Shown: piece by piece, positions 24,385-36,356 of the stretch
Numbering within the stretch: position 1 is the stretch's first letter
Layout of the letters: each line of letters opens with the position of its first letter
Origin: Octopus vulgaris
Taxonomy: Eukaryota
Direction of reading: 5' to 3'
DNA length: 64,000 nt
NCBI GenBank assembly: GCA_951406725.2
Contig: OX597837.1
Location: 24,490,001-24,554,000, forward strand
Position numbers and translations under genes: made by a program
The notes under the pieces: generated by a model
The model's input: the letters and a program-made list of their open reading frames with translations, nothing else
Told to the model about the DNA's origin: nothing
The model's database searches: none

Positions 24385-24946
24385 GAATTATGGTGTTTGG
24401 TTGCAATCTTTTGTTGTATGAGTGTTTGTATTGAGTGTAATGCAAGATGTATTGTTCTGCTGGGTATTGGATTGCTGGTGGATGTTTATTTTATTGGATA
24501 TTTGCTAATATAGAGTGTCTTGTGTAGGTGGATTGTTTTGTTTGGGTTGGGTTGTATTATTGAACTAATTGTCTTGCACAGGACATGGGGTGTTCCCAAC
24601 AGGGCTATTTTTTGGATAGGGTATAGTGTTGAGGGTCCAGGTATAACTTCTACCATTTTTGCTCGTATGTTTTTTTTATCACGAACAATGTTCCAGTTAT
24701 TAGCTTCATGCCCCATACCTTGAATACTTCAATCTCGAGGTCTGTGTACTTTGATAATTTCCCCACTTCTTTTTGGGCAATATTTTGGTTGGAAGGGATC
24801 ACAATGTCTATCAGTAAGCAGGAGTATTTCTTCCCAATCCTTGATTATTAAGTTTGAGTGATTAAGCTTTGATTTCTTTCTCAATTTGAACAGGCGTATC
24901 CCAGATGATTGTGACCTGGTCATTGTCATATACCTTTTTTGGTACA
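24385..24946 (-). mobile_element. R4/Dong-like non-LTR retrotransposon, restriction-like endonuclease region
   Basis: Frameshifted VYDNDQVTIIWDTPVQIEKEIKA..., LSKYTDLEIE, IQKIALLGTPHVL matches the RLE C-terminal domain pattern. Confidence 0.75.
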
Positions 24947-26035
24947 TTATTATTATTATAATCGTGGCCGCTGCCAGCCTTCCTTGGCACCTGTGCCGGT
25001 GGCATGTAAAAAGCACCCACTACACTCACGGAGTGGTTGGCGTTAGGAAGGGCATCCAGCTGTAGAAACACTGCCAGATCAGACTGGAGCCTGGTGCAGC
25101 CTCCTGGCTTCCCCAGACCCCAGTCAAACCGTCCAACCTGTGCTAGCACAGAAAACGGACGTTAAACGATGATTATTAGGGTGGTAAATTGTCAAAATGA
25201 GTAGAATATTGGAAAAACACCTTGCAGTATTTGTTCCAACTTTTTACACCGAGATCAAATCCCAGTCAAGTACTGGGGTCTATATAATTGACTGTTCCAC
25301 TGTCCCAAACTTCTGGTCATAGACCTATATTAGAGATATTAATAGTTACATCTCTGTATGCCTTCACTTTAAATACTATAGGGGATAACTTTACTAATTT
25401 TTCTTAGAGGATTGATCAAATAAGTTGTAGCAGAAATAAACTTAATTATTGAAATCCATCATTCTCTTCAAATATACAATAAACTGTTATTCTTGTTTCT
25501 GTTATAAAGAAAATTGACTCCATGTTCAAACTGATTAAATTAATGTTCTGAATTATGGGGCTCACATATGCACTAATGTTAAGAGTATGTGTAGTATAAA
25601 ATGAAGGTGTGTAGAGAGAGTGAGGTGTATATATGTGTATAGTAAGAAATTGGAAGTGTGTGTGTTTATGTTTATATAGGCACAGCTGTGGCAGTGTGGT
25701 AAGAAGCTTGCTTCCCAACCACATGGGTTCTGGGTTCAGTCCTGCTGCACAACACCTCCAGCAGGTGTCTTCTACTATAGCCTCGAGCTGACCAAAGCTT
25801 TGTGAATGTATCTGGTAGGTGGAAACTAAAAGAAGCCCATTGTGTGTGTGTGTGTGTGTTTCTATCCCCCACCACCACCATCACTTGACAACCAGTGCTG
25901 GTGAGTTTACTTCCCTGTAGCTTAGTGGTTTGGCAACAGAATAAGTACCAGGCTTCAAAGAAAATAAGTACTAGGGTTGATTCATTTGATCAAAAAAATT
26001 CTCCAAGGTGGTGCCCCAGCATGGCAAACAAGTAA

Positions 26036-26066
<31 letters not shown>

Positions 26067-26725
26067 CTCATTGCTATTATGAAAAAGTGTTGTAAGTCCA
26101 AAACGATGCTATTTTTAGAAAGCGAAAAAATAGTTTCACCATTCCATAGCAAAACCATTCTTTGACAATTTTTAATTTTAGCATCTGAAGCAGCTGGAGA
26201 TATGATAGTTTGACCAAAACTCACATTTGGCCAAATTTGGACATATGACAGTTTGACATAATAGCAATGATATTTTGATATATATAAACTTTCGACTCTG
26301 TCGGTCACAAATGACCATGGATACACCTAAGAAGTTCCCCTCCGGGGTACAAGTCTATGGGGAAAGTCACCTCACAAACAAATGCACAACCTAGGGTTTT
26401 TTTAATGGAAGACCAGCTGTTGTCCATGCATACCAGCCTCTCCTCTCCACGCTACTGATGTTATCCAAGGGAAAGACCGATAGAGCTTGGCACCAGCCAG
26501 TCATGTTGCACAACTCATTTCTCACAATCATAAGCTCAATGCTCAAACCACTGAGTCATGCGCCTTCACTTATATGTGTGTGTGTGTGTGTGTATTATAT
26601 ATACATATATATATATGAACTGAAAGTGTGCTGAGTGAGTGATGTGTGTGTATAGTATGTAATAGAATAGTATGTGGCAGTGAGTGCTGGGCACTAAGAA
26701 TCTACAGATAAGCACTGATATTTAC

Positions 26726-26924
26726 CACCAACTGGAAGTCTTGGAGAGCCAGTAACAAACTGTAAGAAACGGCGTTGGTCTTCTCCAAGGTATGAACTTA
26801 ATATTTCAAACAAATATTTGACAGCTTTGCTATCATGAGTATAACCATGGTCAGGACGGCAACATTCCATTAGCATCTTCACTTCCCAGACTTCACTTCG
26901 ACTTCCACAAAATAGTTGCTCAAG
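26726..26924 (-). CDS. TRIP12: TRIP12 window exon 20 (HECT)
   Basis: [66 protein letters not shown]. Confidence 0.96.
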
Positions 26925-27084
26925 CTGAAATAAGAGAGACAGAAATGATAATGAAAACAGAAGTTTCACTTTCTCTGTTGAGAGAGAGATATAGAAGAGA
27001 GGAGAAGTTGATGGATTATTCAACAAGATGCTTCAATTCACTGATATCTGACAGGAACATCTTAAACTTTTGTAGGTGTCTGAA

Positions 27085-27512
27085 GATACTCCGACGTCTG
27101 GCAGCTGACTTGGCAGACACCCATAAAATTATTAACCATCTTACTAACAATAACTCTGAGCACCTTTTCAAACTCCACCCGTCTAACACCCGTGGACATG
27201 TTTACAAAGTCAGAAAACAGCACAGCTCCCATGACATTCGGAAACATTTTTTCACGCTGAGAGTTGCTGAAGCATGGAACAAACTGCCGGCATCAGTTGT
27301 TAGTTGTCGGCGCACTGCATCCTTCAAAACTTCCATGCTTCCTGAAATTCGCCAACACTACACCTGATTTTCTCCCCTCCATACACACACAAGCATGTAT
27401 CTGACTCATACACTATTCACTTTCCAGACATTTGTACATTACTGCATATGCTTTATACGCACTTTTGACAAGTTGTGGTGCACCTGAGCACTGTATACAA
27501 TAATTTCATTAT
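27085..27512 (+). mobile_element. CR1 LINE 3' end
   Basis: LRRLAADLADTHKII...TRGHVYKV..RKHFFTLRVAEAWNKLP plus 3' UTR ending ATTTCATTAT. Siblings at 45901-46340 and 38068-38267. Confidence 0.88.
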
Positions 27513-28922
27513 ATAAGAAACTATTCTAGTGTAAACAAAAAAGCCCCCACCATAACTTCATAGCTGAGTTACTGATCTCAAATCCACCCTCTTTTACAAC
27601 ATCTCTCCTTGCTAATATGAGTTGCATTGTTCATCAGAGTCCCAGTTATTTCCTCTGTAGTTGCTGCCAGCCTAGATCGGTCGGCACAGTATTCCTTGCT
27701 TCTAGATTTCATCTGGTTTATTATTTTATTAATTCTATTTCTGGTGACCCATTCAAATAACTGACTGCAGCGAAGTTTCAATTCTATTTCATATTAAAAA
27801 TAACTGATTGCAACAGAATATTAATTATATTTCATATCAGAAATATGAAAGATGCCACCTACATTGACAGCTTCTGGATGGCTTCAAACTCATTATCTTT
27901 TAATTAACAAGCTCACAACTTACAACCAATTAAGCCCCTCACATTCAGCATATAAATGAAACTAAAATGTTTTAAATGAATCAGACAGAATCTTTATGTA
28001 GTTGTTTGATCTGCTAGAAATGACAGTCAAATTTCCCTAAAAACTACTCACTACCATTTTAAAAGTATAGAAGATGGAATGACCATAAATTATTTTGATC
28101 ATAGGCCAATTAAATCAATACCAGCCTGAAGCTAAGCAACAATTAAAATGTTCTTAGTCATTAGATGGTTTCTTCTATAAACACAATCTTTGGACAACTT
28201 TTAGTTTTCGAAAGGAAAATGTCAGTATAAATTGTGATATTTTAAAAATAGTTTACACATTTTGTTGTATCCAGCTACGGTTGTTCACTTCTCAGTTGAG
28301 ATCATGTTAGACAGGTGTTGTCCATTTTTTTTTTAAACACTAGGGTCAATAAAATAAGTAATAGTAACATTGAGATCAATTCGAGCAGCTCTACTCCACA
28401 CTCATCCCAGTTAGTTTTATGTGGGTTTGCAAAGAAATCTTGTTTCAAATCAATAAAAACAACAAGAACATTTGTAGGTCTTCTAAAACATCTATACACA
28501 GGCGTGCACTCATAAACTCCCACACACTTACACTATTAATGACTGAATTTGCATTTTACTACTCTTTAGTTACAAGTGAACCAAAGGTGAATCACTCATC
28601 ATCATTGTTCGACCGTGGTCGAGACAATGGAATTTACCATGCTACGCCAGACTTCACGGTCCATCACAACATTACAGAGGTCCTGTTGCTGGATGCCTGT
28701 ATCCCCAGAGATTACATCAGCGTAGGAGTGTGCGCCCTCTGGTGTTGCGAGTAGATGGCTTCCAGAGGAGAAGAGTAGAAATTGCCTAGTTTTCAGCTCT
28801 ACAACAAAGGTGAATCAAAATGACATTCTTTTAGGCCAATATTAATAGATCTATATTTAACTCTTTTTACAGAATGTCGCCTTAAGAGTTGGTACTTTAT
28901 TTCTGACATATACATGTCTTAA

Positions 28923-29144
28923 CCCTTTAGCATTTAAACCGGCCATATCCAGCCAGAAGTATTCTGCCTTTTTTTATGTTCAAACTGGTCAGATCTGGTC
29001 TCTCACACCAACCCTACAATATCGTTTTAAAAATTAACAGCTACCTCATCAAAATCTCATAGCTACAAGATAATGCATGATTAGTTCAAAACAATGTGGA
29101 CAAAGAAGCATTAATTTTGGCAGAATAATGCAAACACTAAAGGG
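28923..29144. mobile_element. piggyBac-like MITE family 2
   Basis: TTAA|CCCTTTAGCATT...CTAAAGGG|TTAA. Copies at about 20460-21020, 21028-21240, 31555-31742, 31896-32108, 40320-40587, 54103-54304, 8408-8570. Confidence 0.85.
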
Positions 29145-32100
29145 TTAAAGAATCCTCAGAGATAAAGATAACCTTAAACACTCACAAACTGTCTCACAGA
29201 TATTTCTAAGAACGATCTTCTGATGGCCTTTCAATAACAAACTGTATGATGATGATTTATATAGCAAGTGAGCCTTTTGAATGCTTTAGTTCATCAGTCA
29301 ACATCTCACTGCTTATATATTTCACTGGGTGCAATTTATTCTCATAACATCCTTTTCTTATACTTTTCAAAAACTTGATCAACCATTCTATAAAATCTTT
29401 CACATTGTGTTCTTTTGTATCTTACTCCTCTCGTACATAGGGTCAGATAGTCATCTCCTTTTTTACCTCTTATATACACCAACCTGTATGTAGATTCAGA
29501 AAACTGGATTTCGTTTCTCTTCATACTTTAAAATGAAACTTCTAGGTTAGTGAAATAAAATTTACTGATTATGTTAGAAATACTATTTCAATATTTTCTC
29601 AAGAATATTATCAATACCTCACAATATTTCTCATATCTATCTATCTATCTATCTATACTCAAATATAAATTAGAAGCAGTGCTAGTGTAGTAGACATCAT
29701 TGACCAAACTCATGTGTGGGCTTTGCTTGTTTACCAGTAGACTTGTTTAGAGTGGTGAGTATGACTCACTGAAAGTGCTGGTGTTTTAACAACTGGCACT
29801 CTATGTGAGTCATCCTCAATGTGCTAAACTGCAACCAACCGCCGAACAAGCAAAGCACTTGCACAAGTATGTGTGGTCAATAATACATACACACACACGC
29901 AGGATATTCCTAATGTCCCTCACCAAACTTCAAAATTGACATTGGATGCATTGGAGATATATTTGGAATTTTAGTCCTTTTAAAGGGGTAGTGGGGAAGG
30001 ACATTTGATTTTTTTTTAAAGCCTCTTCCTTATTGTTGACAAGGGAAATTTCAAAGAATTATTTTTTTTCTATTCAACTCAAATACATCCTTCAATATTT
30101 ATTGTTGATGATTGTGTTTAATTAGAAAGACATGTTCTCAAACATTGAATACCTCACAACATATCGTATATATGCCTGTGAGTTTTAATATCCTCTATAT
30201 TCTAACAGGTATTATCAAGTGGATAATTTTATCCATCAAACTATTAATTAAAAAAATAAAGAAATGTAAGAATAAATCAACACTAGTCATTGAGAAGTGG
30301 CATTTGGTAAGATATTTTTGTTCAAACTTTGGTGTTATTACAAATTACACAGTGGACATGAGAAAATTGGATTTATAAACATGTTTCAATTAAAGGATAA
30401 CTCAAATTTCTGTAAGTGACCGAGAGTGTGTCTGTTCAAAATAAACTACTGCACAGTGCCTTTCGAGCATCAAGCTGATACTGCTCAATTACTAAACTTT
30501 AATTGCCAAAAAACCACAGAAAAATAAATGTACATGCAAGTTTAGCTAAACTAATGCACTAGAAGGAAACCATGTTGCCTTAAAGATCAGAAAGATATTA
30601 GATTATAACTCTCAAGTTGGCTATTACTCTATTCTGGAAGAGCATTAGGAAAGACTTTAGAGTTTCCATTGTGAGATGTGAAATGAAATCTAGAAAATTA
30701 TTCGACTTGCAAGCAGATTTTTAAAATTCTTTTTTGTGTGCTTTTCATGGTATGTAAACATTTTTACAAAATGTAAACTGGAAGAAAAAAGGGAATTGAT
30801 AGTAAAATCTTTCCTCATTGTTATCACTGAAAATCAAAAATGTAGTTAGAAACAAACATGTTCAATACCTAATCTGAATGTTAATAGAAAGAAACCAACA
30901 TTAAGATTGCAGCTTCAAACGAAACTAGTACAATAGTACTTAACTAGTATTTCTTTACTTTTTCCATCTCACCTATTTAGATAAGATCTGTTGCAGTCTA
31001 ACATGCATGCAAACAGCTAAAATTAGTTATTGATGTTATAGGAAAGTGAAGGTGACCTGAAAGGGACATATACAATACTAATTTAGATACACACACACAC
31101 ACTAACAGGCATGTTCAATTCAAATAGTTAAGTCTCAGTTTAACATGAACGTAAGTAATATATGAGGCCAATTCAGTGTAATAATCATATTTGTTGACCG
31201 AAATAAATTAGTCATCTGGAAGACAAAAACATGGAAGTTTTAAAAGTGCACAAAGAAGTTTCAACGAAATATTGGGGTACAATAGCAGCTGACTCACCGC
31301 CAATAGACAGTTGTATGATGAAAGAACAGAGAAATCATTAAGTAACAGCTGTTTGATGTAACACAGATGACAGACATCTAGTATTGCACAAGCATTCACT
31401 AAGTCCTGCTGCTCTAACTGATATTACAAGTAATAAAAAGTAAATTTAAGGACAAGTAATAATAAAAAAAATAATAAATAAAAAAAGAGTTGAAAATATA
31501 TTTAGGTGTTATCACTGTAAGACCATGTGGCAGGTCTTATTTAATGAAGTTTTTTCTGTGAAATGTATTGCTTATTTATTCACATTGCTTTGAATTAGTC
31601 ATACACGACCTTGTAGCTTCAAGATTTCAATGGTGAGTTTGCATATTTTTTAGAATGACATTGTAGGGTAGGTTATGATCAGTTTTAATATAAAATAGGT
31701 AAAATATTTCAGCTGGATATGGCTGGATTAAATGCTAAAGGGTTAATAACTATCTACAGCTACTGCTATCTGCTGTATGAAGGATACCAATATATGAATA
31801 GATGTGGTGGAACAGTGATTTTGGAGTTAAGGTACTGAACAACCCTACTTATCATCCTGATTTTAATCACACCAATAATTGGAAGGGTCTCCTAACCCAT
31901 TAGCATTTAAATTGGCCATATCTGACCCAAATGTTCCGTTTTATACTCAAACTAATCAGATCTGGTCTCTCATACCTACTCCACAATATCATTTTTAAAA
32001 TATACAATCACATCACTGAAATCTCAAAGCTACAAGATAATGTATGATGAATTCAAAACAATGGATGAAAAGCATCACATTCGACAAATCAATTTGAATG

Positions 32101-33837
32101 CTAAAGGGTTAACTGAAAAAACTGCATTTACGTTAGCACACAAACAATATTGGTTTCAATTCTTAGAACAAGGCCAGCGAGTTCAGAGGAGGGGGTTAAG
32201 TCAATTACTTCAACCCCAAAAGGATGAAAGGTAAAGTCAGCCTTGGCAGAATTTGAACTCAGAACATAAAGACAGGCAAAATACTGCCAAGTGTTTTGCC
32301 TGGCATAGTAATGATTCTGCCAGCTCGCCACCTTACAAACAATAAGTATTAAAATGGAGAATGAGACTCCTACAGGAAAACTAAAATAATCTTAGAAAAA
32401 GGTGTAGGACTATAGGGGCCAGTTGAAATTTTAACAGAAATGTTAAACAAATGATCAACATCAATGGAAATTGCAGCTGTGATACCAGTGCCAGTGGTAT
32501 GTAAGAGAACCATCCGAACGAGGCCGGCACGTAACAAGCACCATCCGATCGTGGCCATTGCCAGCCTCGCCTGGTCCCCGTACCAGTGGCACGTAAAAGG
32601 CACCATCCAATCATGGCCGTTTGCCAGCCTCGTCTGGCACGTAAAAAGCACCTCACGGAGTGGTTGGCATTAGGGAAGGCATCCAGCCGTAGAAATATTG
32701 CCAGATCAGACTGGGCCTGGTGCAGCCTTCTGGCTTCCCAGACCCCAGTTGAACCGTCCAACCCATGCTAGCATGGAAAGCGGACGCTAAACAATGATGA
32801 TGATGTAATTATGTTCCAGCAAAATATATTAATCTTTAAATGGCTATCAACCAAGCTAAAACAAAATAATTTAAATGGTTGTTATTAGAAAAGCTATCCA
32901 TTCATTAAAATCAGTTTTACGCAACCATTTTATACCTCTGGACCACTTTGATTTTACTATTTTATTTAGATGGACCATCCTAGCCATTCAATGTTAAAAA
33001 AAAAATCATACTTTTATAATTAAATATTATTAGGAAATGTATAAAAATAATTATTAAAAAATATTTTGTGTACTGTGGAAGTATAACCAATTTATTGCAG
33101 AATTGGACATGTCCAAAGCACATAGAGAACACTTCAGTGGTCTACTTGTAAGTTACAATCTACATGGTACTAACCCCTTGTTTTAGACATTTCTTGAGGT
33201 GTAGCTGTGTGGTAAGGAGCTTGTTTCCCAATCACGTTTCCAGGTTCAATCTGTATGGCATGTTGGACAAGTGCCTTCTACTATAGCCTCAGGCTGACTG
33301 ACGCTTTGTGAGTGGATCAGGTAGACGGAAACTGAAAGATCCCCATTGTGTGTGTGTGTGTGTGTTCCACCACCGCTTGACAACTTGTTGGTGTGCTTAT
33401 GTCTCTATAAGTTAGATGTTTGGCAAAAGAGACCGATAGAATAAGGGATCGATTCCTTCTACTAACAATTCAAGGTAGTGCCCCAACATGGCTACAGTCT
33501 AATGACAAACAAGAAAAAACAAAGATAAAAGATCGATAGGTATGTGGTGAGCCATAAAGTTGATCTCATCTACCTTTAATAAATGCTCAGAATCTGTGGC
33601 TGTATCTTGTAAGGAACTGGAAGCATTGGCATTTGTGATCCATCACTCAAGCCATGTATCCTTGGCAACTATAAACTCCCCATCCAAACAACTAATTGAA
33701 TTCTGATCAGTCAGTTTTATTTATCAAACTTCCACCTCAGCAGAGCAGAGTTTTCACTAATAATTGAAGCATTGAAATTTATCTTAGAATACGAGATGCT
33801 GCAATTATCAATGAAAATAACAAAACTTGTAACTCAC

Positions 33838-33951
33838 CTCTTCAGGATAGAAACACTGTAAAGTTGAAAGAGGAAATACTGATTCAAACCCCTCTTTAAA
33901 AGCTTCAAATTGTCTTGATACACCTTCAACAAGATTCCAATGGACAACAAG
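33838..33951 (-). CDS. TRIP12: TRIP12 window exon 19 (HECT)
   Basis: [38 protein letters not shown]. Confidence 0.95.
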
Positions 33952-34754
33952 CTAGATAAGGAAAGAGAAAGAGAAAAAAAACATTCATTAAATCATTGCT
34001 TGCTTATGAAATTGAGGATTTACAGCTCAAATAATTTCAGTTACAAGTGCACAGATTTTATAAATTTATGTAAAAATATGGCTGTGGTAAGAAGTTTGCT
34101 TTCCAACCACATGGTTCCAGATTCAATCCCACTGTGTGGCACCTTGGGCAAGTGTCTTCTCTATACCCTCAGGCTGACCAAAGCCTTGTGAATGGATTTG
34201 GTAGATGGAAACTGAAAGAACCCTGCCGTATATATGTGTGTGTGTACCCCATACCACCACCACTTGACAACCAGTGTTGGTGTGTTTACATCCCCATAAC
34301 TTAGCAGTGTAGCAAAAGTAACAGATAAAATAAGTACCAGTCTTAAAAAGCAAAAGAAGCACTGGGGTCGATTTATTCGACTAAAAATTCAAGGGGGTGC
34401 CCCAGCATGGCTGCAGTCTAATGACCAAAGCAAGTAAAAGAATAAAAGAATGTCATTTTTTTTTTTAATTTTCTTCATTATTTTATTGGTTTCAGTCACT
34501 GAACAGTAACTGGAGCACTACCTTCTAAGTTATGGCATCGATCACATTTGGATGGTGTTTTTTTTACGTGCCACCAGCACGGGAGCCAATTAGTTAGAAT
34601 ATTCCATTAAATTTAGTCTTCAATCAGAATCCAATTTAATGTATTTTAACATTAACTCCAGGAAATTCCTATTTAACACTGACTATGAAGTTGATAAAGA
34701 TATTCAAGATACAGATATTCTATATTATATATATAGATTACATTAACCCTATTA

Positions 34755-35062
34755 TATGAGGAGGTACTCAAAAGTAACCAGAAATGTTCTCTGTTGTAGT
34801 TCAGGCTTCTGTCACTAGAAGTCACTTGATGTGACCTTCAGGCACCAGCCTGCCAACTGGCAGCATCATGTGAAGTCATACTGCTATGTAGTGCATCTGA
34901 TTTGCCATGCTTCTCCTCTGTTTGTTAATTTTTGCAATGGTTGAAGTAAAGGAACAACATGCTTCTATGAAATTCTGTTTTCTGCTGGGACAACAGCAGC
35001 TGAAACAGATGTCACACTTCAAACAGCTTACAACAATGCTGTCATGAGTAAAACAAGTTTAC
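34755..35062 (+). mobile_element. Mariner transposon 5' fragment
   Basis: TIR-like TATGAGGAGGTACTCAAAAGTAACCAGAA, then decayed MVEVKEQHASMKFCFLLG-TAAET..LQTAY..MSKT (mariner transposase N-terminus). Confidence 0.75.
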
Positions 35063-35658
35063 TGTCCTTAAGAAAACTGTAAAATGCTACATGCAACAAG
35101 TATATATATTTGTGTGCATGTATGTAGATAGCATGAAGACTAAACATATATAAAGCACAGAAAATATATGTAAGTCTATCTACATATACATACATTGTCA
35201 GCCCCACTGTATGGCACCTTGGGCAAATATATTCTGGACAAAATAGTTCTAGACTGGAGATGCAAACTGTGTCATCCATAACTAAATACTAGCTTTAAGT
35301 AGATAACTGGTGAATAACTGACAAAGGTCTTACAAAATGATGCTAAAACATCTGGGGGTTTTTTTTTATGGTTTCAGTAATGTGGGTCATCTAATGCAGA
35401 ACATTAACAATAATGCTTCAGTCTCCGAGGTCGACTTTGCCTTTTATCCTTTCGGGGTCGATAAATTAAGTACCAGTTACACACTGGGGTCGATGTAATC
35501 GACTTAATCGTTTGTCTGTCCCCTCTGTGTTTAGCCCCTTGTGGGCAGTAAAGAAATAAATAATGCTTCAGTCACATTCACTAGTAGACTTCTTAAAGTT
35601 GGTGTGGAGGGTTTTTTTTTAATGTAACAGAAAAATTTTTAAAAAAGTATATTATTAC

Positions 35659-35823
35659 CTGTAAATATTCTTCTAGGTTCTCTAATGTTACAGGAATGTC
35701 CTTGCCACCCTTTTTTAATTCAATATTTACATGACCTGGAAGGGTAAAATCTAAATCCAATTCTTCAACTGTGCAGCCATCCATTGTCAAACTGTCGAGA
35801 GCCAACTGGCGAGATTCTTCAGT
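35659..35823 (-). CDS. TRIP12: TRIP12 window exon 18 (HECT)
   Basis: [55 protein letters not shown]. Confidence 0.96.
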
Positions 35824-35944
35824 CTAAAAGGAAAAAGTTTGATAAACACCGAATGTAAAGATTTATGTGCAATAAGATGATAATATAGGAGAAACAGAAT
35901 GCATCTCATACATATTACAGAAATGTAAGTTAAACTTAAAGTTA

Positions 35945-36356
35945 ATTTTTTGGCTCAAAAGCAAGGCCATGTAGGGGGACATGGAGTTATGTACAGGGAG
36001 GGTGTTCATGCAAAGAGTTCAGGCCATTTTTGGTCAAGAGAGACTTTGAACCGAGCGGTTATCGGCATCTTCACTATCTCGTCTGGCAGCTTATTCCACG
36101 GATCCGCAACCCGGACGGAGAAAGCCCCTCTCCTTCGATTGAGATGAAATCGTCGCAGATAGAGCTTTTCGGAGTGACCCTGCAGCCGACGATCTGGAGT
36201 AGGAGTGAAGAACAGCTCTTTCGAGGGGTTACACTTTTCGCTTATGATGTTGTGAGCAAGAATGAGATCACCACGGTGTCGTTGTTTTTCTAGAGAATAA
36301 AGGTCGAGCGTCTTCAGCCTTTCTTCATAAGACAAATGCTTGAAACCAAGAACCAT
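35945..36356 (-). mobile_element. CR1 LINE 3' end (second subfamily)
   Basis: LSYEERLKTLDLYSLEKQRHRGDLI...FSVRVADPWNKLP, the canonical CR1 ORF2 C-terminus. Confidence 0.9.

Noticed and set aside
27578-27781. 67-aa intronic ORF
   Set aside because: No pyrimidine tract or acceptor, no homology, and the TRIP12 frame is complete without it.
29255-29322. Minus-strand CTGATGA...CAAAA inside a short hairpin as a hammerhead or snoRNA
   Set aside because: GAAA core absent, stems I and II do not pair convincingly, and no terminal C/D box arrangement.
29342-29541. 60-aa ORF MKRNEIQF... and nearby CACTAAC-CTAG acceptor as an alternative TRIP12 last exon
   Set aside because: No recognisable homology; the ORF is out of frame with that acceptor, which gives only KFHFKV-stop. 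Unsupported without RNA data.
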